Positions 40,601-54,597 of a stretch of DNA of 64,000 nucleotides are shown here, piece by piece. Below the pieces are notes generated by a model. The model searched no databases. It was not told where the DNA came from and worked only from the letters and a program-made list of their open reading frames with translations. How positions within the stretch are numbered: position 1 is the first letter of the stretch; each line of letters starts with the position of its first letter. The DNA is taken from assembly GCA_951406725.2 (NCBI GenBank), contig OX597834.1, forward strand, positions 7,378,001 through 7,442,000. Direction: 5' to 3'. Source of the DNA: Octopus vulgaris (Eukaryota). The position numbers and the translations under genes were made by a program.

Positions 40601-40789
40601 CATCTTTGCTTTCTGAGTTCAAATCTCGCTGAGGTTAACTTTGTACTTCATCCTGTCGATAAAAAAAGTACCAGTTGATCACTAGGGTCAATCTAATCGA
40701 CTTGACCCCACCCTTAAAATTGCTGCCCTCGTGCCAAAAATTGAAACCTGTATCAGAAAGAGAAGAACTCATTGCAAATTATATAAAGC

Positions 40790-41011
40790 TTTACTCTTTT
40801 TACTCTTTTACTCTTTTACTTGTTTCAGTCCTTTGACTGCGGCCATGCTGGAGCACCGCCTTTAGTCGATCAAATCGACCCCGGGACTTATTCTTTGTAA
40901 GCCCAGTACTTATTCTATCGGTATCTGTTGCCGAGCCGCTACGTGACGGGGACGTAAACACACCAGCATCGGTTGTCAAGCAAAGCTAGGGGGACAAACA
41001 CAGACACACAA

Positions 41012-41066
<55 letters not shown>

Positions 41067-41233
41067 TATACGACAGGCTTCTTTCAGTTTCCGTCTACCA
41101 AATCCATTCACAAGGCTTTGGTCGGCCCGAGGCTATAGCAGAGGACACTTGCCCAAGATGCCACGCAGTGGGACTGAACCCGCAACCATGTTGTTGGTTA
41201 GCAAGCTACTTACCACACAGCCAGTCCTGCGCC
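40790..41233 (-). mobile_element. SINE A
   Basis: Family match. Confidence 0.9.
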
Positions 41234-41394
41234 ATAGAATATATCTGAAGTAAATGATAACGGTTACGATTGGAATGAATTTAATAATCTTTCTTCTCAC
41301 TTAGATTAATTAAAAGCAGAATAGCAGCAACATTTGTGCACTCAGACAGATATGCATAACTGCCCTTTCTCATTTTCAGTCATATTTATTATAT

Positions 41395-41800
41395 GCGCAG
41401 GAGTGGCTGTGTGGTAAGTAGCTTGTTTACCAACCACATGGTTCCGGGTTCAGTCCCACTGCGTGGCACCTTGGGCAAGTGTCTTCTGCTATAGCCCCAG
41501 ACCGACCAAAGCCTTGTGAGTGGATTTGATAGATGGAAACTGAAAGAAGCCCATCGTATATATGTATAAATATGTATATGTGTGTGTGCGTGCGTGTGTG
41601 TGTGTGTGTGTGTCTGTGGTTGTCCCCCTAGCATTGCTTGACAACCGATGCTGTTGTGTTTACGTCTCCGTCACTTAGCGGTTCGGCAAAAGAGACCAAT
41701 AGAATAAGTACTGGGCTTACAAAGAATAAGTCCCGGGGTCGAGTTGCTCGATTAAAGGCCGCAGTCAAATGACTGAAACAAGTAAAAGAGTAAAAGAGTA
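41395..41800 (+). mobile_element. SINE A
   Basis: Family match. Confidence 0.9.
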
Positions 41801-43022
41801 TTTCCTTTTACGGGGTTAAATGTAACTACATCTTAACACTGTCGCTTGGCTCCTGTCTATCTAGAGAAGGTCATTGTTTTTTAGAAGTATTCAGGCCCGG
41901 CCTTGCTGTAAAGGATAACTTCTTGCTGTTATCCTACTACTCGTCGAACTGGCCGAATCGTTAGCACGCCCGACAAAATGCTTAGCAGCATTTCGTCTGA
42001 GTTCAAATTACGCTGATATCGGTTTTACCTTTCATCCCTTTCAGGGTCGATAAGATGATACTGCCATGCGTAAAGATAAGCTCCGATGTTTTATTCAAAA
42101 TCCTTTATGAACTTACGTTTTGCGTATTTAATCCACTGTTTTAGGAAATTCAGACAACAGATTAATAAAATCGTCATCGAGCTGTGGAGTCGATTTAAGC
42201 CACTTAGCTCCTCCCCATCACCGAAATTGCTGACCTTCTGCTAAAATTTGAAATCAATATTCCACTTATCTAAGGCAGCCAACTTGCAGAATGGTTAGCA
42301 CGCCGGACCAGATGCTTCGGGATATTTCCTCTGTCTTTACGTTGTGAGTTCAAATTTCATTCTTTCGGATTCAGTAAAAATACCTATCAAATATTTGGGT
42401 TAATGTTATCAACTAGACTTTCCCCTAAAACTTCAGGGCTTGTGCCTATTGTAGAAAGGGTTATCCCACTAGTTTCAGAGGGCCTAAAATTCGTTTCCTC
42501 CCTTGATTAAGCCTTAAAGAATTTAAAGCAACTTCTCTAGCTTGATAAATTCAGCTTATATATAAAAAAAAATAATCCCAAATTGTTACAACAAAATTAT
42601 TTTACAATAATGAGACAGAAGTGATAACCTTACCAATCTGTTGTCAACATTTGCTAAAACAGTGAATTAAATACGCAAAACATAAGTTGATAAAGGACTT
42701 TGAATAAAAGATCGGATCTTATCTTTACGCATCGCAGTATCACTTTTGCTTGAATCACTTGAACTTCTTCATTTCAATACAAAAACAAAATAGGATCTGT
42801 TATTTCTTTTCAAATTCAAAACGAAAGTATTTGATCGATTGTGCATTGTCAAATATTTGAGATGTACTTTTTGGCAAACATACAAGTCTTTCAATTAACG
42901 TCGTTTCTGTTGAATGATGAAGTCAGTTACTTTATTTCTCGTAATCAGAGGAGTATCAATCAATGATTAATCAACCATATAGATTGATGAACGTGATCTT
43001 CTTTATTTTCTGACATCATATA

Positions 43023-43240
43023 CGCCAGCCTCGTCTGGCACCTGTGTCGGTGGCACATAAAATCACCCACTACACTCTCGGAGTGGTTGGCGTTAGGAAG
43101 GGTATCCAGCTGTAGAAACACTGCCAGATCTGACTGGCCTGGTGCAGCCTTCGGGCTTCCCAGACCCCAGTTGAACCGTCCAACCCATGCTAGCATGGAA
43201 AGCGGACGTTAAACGATGATGATGATGATGATGATGATGA
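43023..43240 (+). mobile_element. 3' part of an RTE-tailed SINE
   Basis: ggttggcgttaggaagggtatccagc...aacccatgctagcatggaaagcggacgttaaac(gat)n. Confidence 0.7.
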
Positions 43241-43410
43241 TATACGCTGGGGCTAAATTCATATTTTGTTTTTATAGCCTCATCAAAGAAACACCCGTAA
43301 CCTTTCGCAGGTCTACGAGAGTTATGTGTGAGGAGTAGAGAAGGAAATGTGGTATATGGCTTCTTCACTAAGATGGAGCATATCATTCAAATTTAAGTCA
43401 TAGTTTAGGG

Positions 43411-43790
43411 GAGCACTCTGTCGGTTACGACGATGAGGGTCCCAGCTGATACGATCAACGGAACAGCTTGCTCGTGGAGTTAACGTGCAAGTGGCTGAGC
43501 ATTCAACAGACACGTGTACCCTTAACGTAGTTCTCGAGGAGATTCAGCGTGACACAGAGAGTGACAAGGCCGGCCCTTTGAAATACAGGTACAACAGAAA
43601 CAGGAAAAAGGAGTGAGATTAAGTTGTGGTGAAAGAGTACAGCAGGGTTCACCACCACCCCATGCAGGAGCCTTGTGAAGCTTTAGGTGTTTTCGCTCAA
43701 TAAACACTCACAATGCCCGGTCTGGGAATCGAAACCGCGATCCTACGACCGCGAGTCCGCTACCCTAACCACTGGGCAATTGCACCTCCA
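43411..43790 (-). mobile_element. SINE C
   Basis: Family match. Confidence 0.88.
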
Positions 43791-43879
43791 CCATAGTTTA
43801 AGAGGTCAGAGCAGAATAGATTCTGCTTACGGCACTCGAGACAGTTGAGGTTTTTCAAGGCAGGCGAAGACTAAGTCTA

Positions 43880-44355
43880 CCAAACAAGAACGTGTGTAGT
43901 GTAGCAGCACAAATTTTGTCTATTCATTTTCACTAGTAATGTTGCATGAAACGAAAATGTTTTCTTTTTTATAAAATCATCAGCAAGCAAAATTGGTCTC
44001 CACACAAATGTGAAGTAAACATAGTACATGTCCTCCAACCAAAAACAAAGATCATCATCTATGAACAATGAACGTTTCAAAGATGATTTTGTGTTCGGAT
44101 CCCCGGTATCTTCGTAGTTGGGCAACAAACAGTTTTGACACTGATATAAAAGTCGGAAAAGCAACATTTGTACAGCATGTCCCATCTACAAGAGAATATG
44201 GAAGTCCCGACTGTCAAAGAGAACAAATATCAAACAGTTCCTTGCCAGTGCTTTTGTATAGCAGCAAAACGTAGACATTTACCAAACAAGCAAAGAAGAG
44301 CTTAGCTGCCTGCTGCACAAGGATGCTACGATTGGACCTAGATACGATATGGGAG
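43880..44355 (+). pseudogene. RTE-like ORF remnant
   Basis: RYLRSW...DIKVGKA, PVLLYSSKT, CTRMLR. Confidence 0.5.
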
Positions 44356-44360
44356 AAAAA

Positions 44361-44964
44361 GGCTGCGAGCTGGCAGAAACGTTAGCACGTCGGGCGAAAT
44401 GCTTAGCGCTATTTCGGCTGCCGCTACGTTCTGAGTTCAAATTCCGCCGATGTCGACTTTGCCTTTCATCCTTTCGGTGTCAATAAATTAAGTACCAGTT
44501 ACCTACTGGGGTCGATGTAATCAACTTAATCCATTTGTCTGTCCTTGTTTGTCCTCTCTGTGTTTAGCCCCTTGTGGGTAGTAAAGAAATAGGTATATCG
44601 TCTGCTGTTACGTTCTGAGTTCAAATTCCGCCGAGGTCGACTTTGCCTTTCATTCTTTCGAGGTCGATTAAATAAGTACCAGTTACGCACTGGGGTCGAT
44701 ATAATCGACTTAATTCGTTTGTCTGTCCTTGTTTGCCCTCTCTGTGTTTAGCCATTTGTGGGTTGTAAAGAAATAGGTACTTCGTCTGCCGTTACGTTCT
44801 CGGTTCAATTTCCGCCGAGGTCGACTTTGCCTTTCATTCTTTCGAGGTCGATTAAATAAGTACCAGTTACGCACTGGGGTCGATATAATCGACTTAATCC
44901 GTTTGTCCGTCCTTGTTTGCCCTCTCTGTGTTTAGCCCCTTGTGGGCAATAAAAAAATAGGTAT
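44361..44964 (+). mobile_element. SINE B trimer with 184-bp period
   Basis: aaa(g/a)aaataggta at 44583, 44767 and 44951. Confidence 0.92.
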
Positions 44965-45346
44965 ACATTTTCCGTGATTAATCCTTTAGCATTCATATTA
45001 TTCTGTCAAATGCAACGCCTGTTTATTGTCTTAAATTAATAAAGAATCATCTCATAGCTTCGAGATTTCAATAACGTTATTATTTATATTTAGAACGATA
45101 TGATAGGGCGCGTTTGAGGGGCTCGCTCTGACCTGTTTGATTATAAAACTAGTAGGTGCACACCTAGTTACATGGTAGGAAGTTCGCTTTACCACCACAT
45201 GGTTCCGGGTTCGGTTCTACTGCGTGGCATATTGCATCACGCCCACAAACCATTGCTAGTAGATTTAGTAGACGAAAACTGTAGGAACCCGTAGTATATA
45301 TATTTACATATTTATATATATATATGTATGTATGTATGTATATATA

Positions 45347-45426
<80 letters not shown>

Positions 45427-45706
45427 TGTATATATATGTAAGTATGTATGTATGTATGTATGTATGTATATATATATATACACACTTACATATGTATACA
45501 TTTACATATGTATATATATATATAATAAATATTAGGGAATAAATCCAAATTTACAGGGAAAAATCAGATTTAGGATTGAATCCAATTTTATAGTAAAATA
45601 TAATATAATATTATTAGAGACAAAACCACTATTATGCAAATCAAACAAAGAAAGACTTAATCCTATACATAAACAAATTTATATAAATTAAATATAATTA
45701 AGATAT

Positions 45707-45752
45707 CCACTACGATCGTTTCTTGTCACTTCTATTGACATTCATCAGGTGG
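45707..45752 (-). ncRNA. Type I hammerhead with intact core
   Basis: ccac-CTGATGA-atgtca atagaag tgacaa-GAAA-cgatcg-TA-gtgg. Confidence 0.82.
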
Positions 45753-46234
45753 TTTCAAGACCTTCTTTGCAAGTTTTAAACATATACACTTACATATGTA
45801 TATCTATGTGTGTGTGTTTTTCTGTCTGTTTGTCTCGCTTCCACAACTTGACAACCGTTGCTAATGTGTTTACATACCCGTAAACTAGAGCTTCGTCAAA
45901 AGAGAACGATAGAAAAAGGCATAAAAAAAGAAGAACGGGGATCGAATCATACGACTAAAAATTCTTCAAGGCGGTGATCCAGTATGGCCGCAGTCTAATG
46001 ACTGAAACAAGTAAAAGGGGGGAAAAGATAAAACATAGAATATTTGGGCTGGATAGAACCGGTTTGAACGTGAAAGGGTCAAAGGATCTCCTTTACACGA
46101 ACTAAAATTTCACCGTTCATGTATGCACCTATCAACTATATACAAGCTTGTGTGTATATGTATGTATGTGTGTGTATGTCTTTGTTAGTATCTGTCTGTG
46201 TGTATGGGATTATTTTTATATTGTAGCATTCATA

Positions 46235-46456
46235 GGCGCAAGAGTGGCTGTGTGGCAAGTAGCTTGCTAACCAACCACATGGTTCCGGGTTCAGTCCCAC
46301 TGCGTGGCATCTTGGGAAAGTGTCTTCTGCTATAGCCCCAGGCCGACCAATGCCTTGTGAGTGGATTTGGTAGACGGAAACAGAAAGAAGCACGTCGTAT
46401 ATATGTATATATATATATACATATATATATGTATATATATGTATATATGTATATAC

Positions 46457-46514
<58 letters not shown>

Positions 46515-46722
46515 TTGTGTGTCTGTGTTTGTCCCCCTAGCATTGCTTGACAACAGATTCTGGTGTGTTTACGTCCCCGTCACTTAGCGCTTCGGCAAAA
46601 GAGACCGATAGAATAAGCACTGGGCTTACAAAGAATAAGTCCCGGGGTCGATTTGCTTGACTAAAGGGGGTGCTCCAGCATGGCCGCAGTCAAAATGACT
46701 GAAACAAGTAAAAGAGTAAAAG
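46235..46722 (+). mobile_element. SINE A
   Basis: Family match. Confidence 0.9.
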
Positions 46723-47199
46723 TGTCAAAGAGTATACACAAAATAACCGTAAATGCTATCCATTGTTACTCGCTAGGTTTTGTTTACTTCACTTCTATTC
46801 ATTGTTCCTATAGACTTTCTCTTGTGTGTGTATATTTTATATTTTATTTTCCTCTTGCTACTTGCTATTATTAGCAGTGCTATGATCATGAAATGCTCAA
46901 TTTATTTGTGTCTGTTTCTGCTGCCTGCAAAGCAATTTTAATGGTGCGAGATTTGTCACATAGCAGACTATGGTATTAAAGCTGAGAAAAGATAAACATA
47001 TACACAAAAGATATTTATCAGCACAAAGGCACACAGATTCTGCACCAATAAATCTTCAACAGTTCTCAGTTGTGAATATACGCTCTTATACATAAATGTA
47101 TATCTATATACATACCCATATACCTACATTCTGAATTCAATCACATAGACACACACATATCTACATATACACGGCTATATATATATGTACATATATATA

Positions 47200-47525
47200 T
47201 ACTCTTTTACTCTTTTACTTGTTTCAGTCATTTGACTGCGGCCATGCTGGAGCACCGCCTTTAGTCGAGCATATCGACTCCGGAACTTATTCTTTGTAAG
47301 CCCAGTACTTATTCTATCGGTCTCTTTTGCCGAACCGCTAAGTGACGGGGACGTAAACACACCAGCATCGGTTGTCAAGCAATGCTAGGGGGACAAACAC
47401 AGACATACAAACACATACACACACATACATATATATACATATATACGACAGGCTTCTTTCAGTTTCCGTCTACCAAATCCACTCACAAGGCATTGGTCGG
47501 CCCGGGGCTATAGCAGAAGACACTT
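47200..47525 (-). mobile_element. SINE A, 5'-truncated at a fold-back HHR element
   Basis: Match stops at gaagacactt. Confidence 0.88.
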
Positions 47526-47652
47526 TTCTCATCAGGAAAAGCAAGGAACTTATGTCAACATCAAGATGCACAAAACACTTTTCACTATGGGCTCCGTGTG
47601 AGCAGTCATCTAAAAGTTTTTTTGCATCTTGATGTTGACATAAGTTCTTTGC

Positions 47653-47735
47653 TTTTCCTGATGAGAAAGCGGCATAATATACTCCTTATTCCTTCGCAAT
47701 TAGGAATATGCAGCCTTCGAAACATATGTCGAAAA
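47653..47735 (+). ncRNA. Type I hammerhead with intact core
   Basis: ttttc-CTGATGA-gaaagc...gccttc-GAAA-catatg-TC-gaaaa. Confidence 0.83.
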
Positions 47736-47776
47736 TAAAGGAATTTTGTTAATTCGTCGTTCAACTCCATTCTTTC

Positions 47777-47814
<38 letters not shown>

Positions 47815-47827
47815 TGATAGATAGATA

Positions 47828-47880
<53 letters not shown>

Positions 47881-47882
<2 letters not shown>

Positions 47883-48395
47883 GATTATTAAAATCGAATG
47901 GACCGATTTCATTACGCAATATTTTAATAAGAAAAAGCAATATAAAACTCCAGTCAAGTCACAAGTATTTTCTTACAATCAACTTTTATTCCCTGTCTTA
48001 CAAGTGTTCAATGTGGTCACCACTTGCAGTATAGGCAACATCAACACGAGAAGAGGATTCCTCTCAGACGCGTAATCAGCATATCACGACCTACTGAGTT
48101 GATCGCTGTTGCTATTCGATGCTTAAGGTCATCGGGGTCAATGGGTAGCGGTGGAAAATAAACGCGATCTTTTACATATCCCCACAAGAAAAAAATATCA
48201 CACACGGTGAGGTCTGAGGATCTCGCAGGCCAGGCAGATACGCGTCTGGGATTATTTCTCTTATCGCATTAATATTGCCCGTGATGCAGGTGGTGGCCAC
48301 ATTGAACACTTGTGACTTACCTGGAGTTCTCTAGTGCTTTTCCTTATCAAGATATTGCGAAATGAAATCGGTTCATTCGCTTTGAATAACCCAGT
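47881..48395 (-). mobile_element. Tc1/mariner derivative with long inverted ends
   Basis: WPARSSDLTVCD..LWGYVKDRVY...GDHIEHL on minus strand; 47881-48030 is inverted at 48284-48395. Confidence 0.8.
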
Positions 48396-48629
48396 ATTGG
48401 AGATAATGAGCACAAAGGGAAGACAGAATGGGAGGCACAAGTTTTAATAAATATATTAACCTAACGCTTGAAAACAAGGGATAAAGTTTTGATGCTTCGG
48501 ATGCAAGTCATTTATCCCAAGAAAGATCAAAAGAAGAGAAAATTGAATATAAGAGAAATATGGTTTAAAAACACACACACACACATGCATAAACACAAAC
48601 ATATGTATACATGTATGAGTATATATACG

Positions 48630-48693
<64 letters not shown>

Positions 48694-49349
48694 TATATAC
48701 ATCTATATATATTTTTAAAATCTTAGGGAATATATCAAGACATTTACTATTTTATACTTTACTAATGCAATGTAAACAGTATCATTTATAATATTATTAC
48801 AAATTTGGGATTTTACCAATAGAACCGCAACTCCTATTTCAGGATAACCTTATTTTATGGAATACACACAGAAAGTTATGTCCAATAAAGTAATATAAGC
48901 ATTTAAAAAACCTACTATAAAATACAATGAAGTTATTTGAAAAATATATTTGTAAAAATCTACATAACTTACCTGTTATTAGTCTGTGGGGGAAGAAGAT
49001 ATTTTTAATAAACGCTGCACGTTTCTGCGCTGGAGGGGAGTTTATAAAGGCTATACCTAATACATAATAAATCCATCAGTGCACCCTCAGGCTATTTATT
49101 TTATTCTTATTATTATTAACGGATCAAAGTTAAAAGTACAAATTATAAGTCAAATTAAATAGAAAAATAAGAATATGAATACAAATATAAAAAAAATATA
49201 ATAAAAATATATAAATTACAAATTAATTTTTTTTTAAATCTAAAATTGAACATCTTAAAAAAACATTAAAAAATTAAACAAATTAAAAAAAAATTAAAAA
49301 CTAAACAACTTTAAAAAGATTAAAATATTAAACACCTAAAAGTACAATA

Positions 49350-49405
<56 letters not shown>

Positions 49406-49944
49406 CATACATACATACATACATACATACATAAGTATACATATCTATTTATCTATATGTAAGCATGTACATATATACAGGCCATAGATTTAAAAGTATA
49501 ACATATTTCTAGTTATTACCTTGCCTTGAATTCAACCTCTCTAATATAATTGGTCTTAGAGAATTTTCCCAGACTATTTTATTTTATTTATGTTAATTCC
49601 CATAATACTTAGCGCATGGCAGAGAGACCAACCATTTATACAAGAATGAGAAGGAATAAACAATATGCCCATTAGTATTCTTCCTTTGTTAATATATGAA
49701 CTAGATTTTTACTAATTTTATTTATAACGCATATAGTGGTTTTTACTAAATAATCTGTTTAAATACTATTAACTTACGTTTGACATAAATAATGGCAATT
49801 TATACTTGTATAGATAAGGGTAAATCTTACACTAAATTATAAATTCCTGTAATGTTTATATAGATAGATTGCAGGATTTTATGTGTTTATAATACAGTCG
49901 TTGAGTGTTTTCTTAGATTTAGCATTTTATATATATATATATAT

Positions 49945-50165
49945 AAAACTGGATCTCTTCTTGTCAGGTGTCCCAGATGAACCAACTTCACGGCAGGAGG
50001 TGCAGATGAGGGCAGCTGCATCGAACTCTCTCATGCACCATATGGCAATTGCTACAAAGCATACGTGAAGTAAAATTATGTAGCAACACCAAATGGCGGT
50101 GCCCAAGCATGGCCACAGCTCGTGAGCTGAAACTAGATAAAATAAAAAAATAAATAAATAAATAA
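49945..50165 (+). mobile_element. Retroposon family E
   Basis: Matches 35695-35912; (AAAT)n tail. Confidence 0.75.
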
Positions 50166-50561
50166 TAAGCGTGTGCATCTGTGTGTGTGTGTGTGCGCGC
50201 GCCTTTGCTTGTATATTGGATGATGTATATAGTTACATGCTGAAATGGTTAACTGCTCTAGTTGTCCTCTCCGTTAAAACGTATCAGTGGCATTGCTGTC
50301 TCAGACACACTTAATAAAGAAATAAGAAAATGCTTCCTACTATCTGTTCTTTTATTATCCGGCTTTTCGTATTCTGGAAAACACTTTTTTTTATTTCTTG
50401 CTTTCGGTTACTTTTGTCAGCAAGGTGTGTCTGAGACAGCAATGTCACTGATACGTTTTAACAGAGAGGACAACTAGAGCAGTTAACCATTTCAGCATGT
50501 TACTATATACAGCATCCAATATGCACAGGCGCGCGCACACACCCAGATGCACACGCGTATA

Positions 50562-50608
<47 letters not shown>

Positions 50609-50748
50609 TTCAAATATCGAAGAAATCACAGAGTAACCTGAGATGAAGTGTTTTGTGAAGGAATAACATAACACCCGGCCCGGAATCGAACACACGATCT
50701 TACGATCATGAATACAACTTCCTAACCACCAGGCCACGTGGCTTTAAA

Positions 50749-50829
<81 letters not shown>

Positions 50830-50840
50830 ATAAGCATATG

Positions 50841-50878
<38 letters not shown>

Positions 50879-51183
50879 TATGTATGTATATAAGCGTGGG
50901 TATAAATATATCTATATATTTATATACGTATTCACATAAACATGCACACAATATATGTATGTACCCGACCAGATATTGATTGATTTTCATTGCTTTACTC
51001 TCTGCCTGTGTGAGTAAACTTCAAGTATTTTGGCTTCTCTGGGAGACCCTTTTAAAGTAGAAGAAATAGCTAAGATTTTTGGCTGCTATTTCTAAACTTC
51101 GGTGTGTGGTGAGGCAAATCTTTGTTGCACCCTTTTATTAGTATATATACATATATGTATACATGTATGTGTGTGTATATATG

Positions 51184-51223
<40 letters not shown>

Positions 51224-51254
51224 CATACTTATAAATATACATACCTACACATAC

Positions 51255-51309
<55 letters not shown>

Positions 51310-52104
51310 CATACACATGTACATGCATATACACGCACAGAAATATTATAAGATAGTTGGAAGTTAATAGAGAGCTATGAAATACATAATTTCCTTTCGA
51401 ATTGAATTTTCTTTATTCTTTTGATATTCTTGATGGTATAAAGTCCATAATGGTAGCATTGAAGATACAATCTTCGAGAAAACATATTTGAAAACTATGT
51501 TCTCTGTGCGCTTGTTATCTCTTTCTACCTCGAGAGTTTTATCTATTATTTTTATGTTTACGTCAAGAAGTGAGCAATCTCATATATGGAACCAAATTGA
51601 AGATATCGTTTATCTATAAACGTTATTCTGTTACCGTACAACTACGCAAGGTCTCAACAGAACTCAATACGATGTAATACGTTCTTGTATTGATATCAGA
51701 GAAACGTGTATCGCAATGGTCGTGAACCTACAATCCCTGTGAAGGATGTTGAATATAAACGATATCACAGAAATATATTAAAATGTGATATACATGCACG
51801 TGCGTACACGCACACGCACATAGATATTTATGCATACAAGCATACATGTAGCTATATATATATATATATAGCTACATGTATGCTTGTATGTGTGTGTGTG
51901 TGTATTATATATATATATATGCATATGTATGAATATATACGTGTGTATATATACAAATATGAGAGAGAATCCACTATGTGGACGCTCTTACGCTAGATAT
52001 AGATCCGCAAGGGTCTGAAACACTAAGAACTGTTCTCGAGAAAAATTTAGCACACTAAGAACGTAAGTGAGCAGGACAAATGAAAAGTAACAAAAATATA
52101 GTTA

Positions 52105-52180
52105 ACCCCATACAATTGTTTCTCTGTTAATAAATTATGCAATTTTACTTACATAATTATCCTCAGATCCTCGGTGAGGT
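52105..52180 (-). ncRNA. Type I hammerhead with CCGAGGA core
   Basis: acctca-CCGAGGA-tctg...caga-GAAA-caattg-TA-tggggt. Confidence 0.78.
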
Positions 52181-52319
52181 ACGTCATAAAATATAATTTG
52201 TCGAAATGCACGCTATATATCAACACGAGGTCAAAGATACGAGTAGTTCGGCCTATTATATTCACAGTTATATTCAAATTCCCTCATTCTAGCGCGTTAT
52301 GCAGTATTCCTTTTACGTG

Positions 52320-52390
<71 letters not shown>

Positions 52391-52409
52391 ATATATATAT
52401 ATATATATA

Positions 52410-52760
52410 TAAACTTAGATAAACTTAGATGTGTTTCGACCAATGATTGGTCCAGGCCATGTCTAACTTAATAGCACCACCTGATAGGATTATTTGAATC
52501 CTGTTTAAGTCAAGTTTTGCGTATGGTCCATTCAAGTAGTGAGTTTTTGTTGGGTGAGTTGTATCCAATTATGGGTGGCTTATCTGGTATTCTTTGAAGG
52601 AATCTATCCAGACTCCGTTTAAAGTTGATGGGATCCTGTTCCTCTTTGATCTCTTTCGGGACAATGTTAAATAGGGCAGGGCCTGTTGAGGAAAAGAAAT
52701 TATGTTGTAGTGTATAAGTATGCTGTGATCTTGAATTGGGCAGGGGACGTATGGCCCGTA
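52410..52760 (-). mobile_element. CR1/L2-group LINE 3' end
   Basis: [16 protein letters not shown]...[16 protein letters not shown]...NSLLEW; (atctaagttt)2 tail. Confidence 0.75.
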
Positions 52761-52858
52761 TATATATATATATACGTATACACATATACATGCACACAAT
52801 AAATATATGTTATAGGTATATACATATATATGTATATATATATACATATATATATATA

Positions 52859-52909
<51 letters not shown>

Positions 52910-52969
52910 TTATATATACATATATATGTATATATATATAGGCATATATATATACATAGATGTATACGC

Positions 52970-53034
<65 letters not shown>

Positions 53035-53980
53035 CACATATGTGAGTGTGTGTGCCTGTGTGTGTGTTTGTGTGTTTTCATGTGTAAATAATTAAAAATA
53101 ATTATTCTCTAGTCGATTGTCTAACGAAACATATATAATTTGTGGCTATAATAGATAACGAGGTCGATTTCTTACCACAAATAAAGCGATATTTACTTAA
53201 CCTTTAAGAGAATATTACATATATAATTATCCTTGAAGCTCAAACTCCTACCAGCTAAAATAATTACGATAGAACTACTGTATGCGTGTAGAATTTTGCG
53301 CATGAATACGCAAGGAAATTTAGCCTATCACAAAAATCGATGTTGTATATTACCAACGCTAATTTTTTGAAATATCTTCCTTAAGGAGGGAAAAAATTCG
53401 GATGATAATTTCAAAGGCCTAACATCCAGAGCAGTGGTTTACAGCCATTTCTTACCCAAGCCCATCTTTGATACCGATTTTACTCAGATGGACCCTAATA
53501 ACTATTATGTGATGTTTAAAAAATCCTATTGTGGTTTTAGAATTAAATTTTATTAGGAATTGTATTAGAACGTTGTTAATATATTTTATACATTGTAGAA
53601 GTATGGCCATTTTATTTATATAAATTTCAACAAAATATAACATGGATCCTCAAGAGTCATATGGAATCACAAGGGCCATACGAACCCCCAGCCGAGAGCA
53701 ACAGATCTATAGGATTATATACATTCCCCTGGAAAGGAATGAGATGTATTAATATCACAATTCAGGTGTGGCTAGGAGGGTTTTATGTGTAGAATTGAAT
53801 GAATGGTACTGATTTTAGGCTTAAGAGAATCCACAGTATTTATTTAGCTAAGTTACCGGGTTTATATATCTGAGATATATCCATCATATTAGTTTCAGAT
53901 TTTGGCGCAAGGCCAGCAATTTCGGGCGGAGTGGGGTGGGGTTAAGTCGATTATAGTGACCCCCAGTGATCAACTGGTAA

Positions 53981-54215
53981 GGCGGCGAGCTGGCCGAATC
54001 GTTAGCACGTCAGGCGAAATACGTAGCCGTATTTCGTCTGCCGTTACGTTCTGAGTTCAAATTCCGCCGAGGGCGACTTTGCCTTTCATCCTTTCGGGGT
54101 CGATAAATTAAGTACCAGTTATGCACTGGGCTCGATGTAATCGACTTAATCCGTTTGTCTATCCTTGTATGTCCCCTCTATGTTTAGCCCCTTGTGGGTA
54201 GTAAAGTAAGGGGTA
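53981..54215 (+). mobile_element. SINE B nested in an older opposite-strand B-like copy (53890-54350)
   Basis: Family match. Confidence 0.85.
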
Positions 54216-54597
54216 TTCATTTTATTGACTTCGAAAGGATGAAAGGCAAAGTTGACTGCGGCAGCATTTGAACTCAGAACGTAATGACGAATGAAATGCT
54301 GCTAAACATTTTGTCCAGCATGCAAACAATTCTACCAACCTACTGCCTTAGATACATCCACCATATTGTTAATATTCAGCGACACCTGGCAGGATAGAGT
54401 GCATGCACGGTAGAGACACGACTAGTCTGCCATTAAATTGTAGTAAACATAGAAGTAAGGTGCAATGGCTATATTTGTTAAGCAACAATTCAATGCACTT
54501 TGAGCTCGGTTACAGAAGTTCTGTAGATAAGATTCGATGGCCAGCTAACATGGGCCGTCCGTATACTATGACACATTGACTAAAGGTGTCCCAAAAT

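Noticed and set aside
49010-49092. ctgaggg...gaaacgt on the minus strand
   Set aside because: Core altered, G at the cleavage position, no stem I
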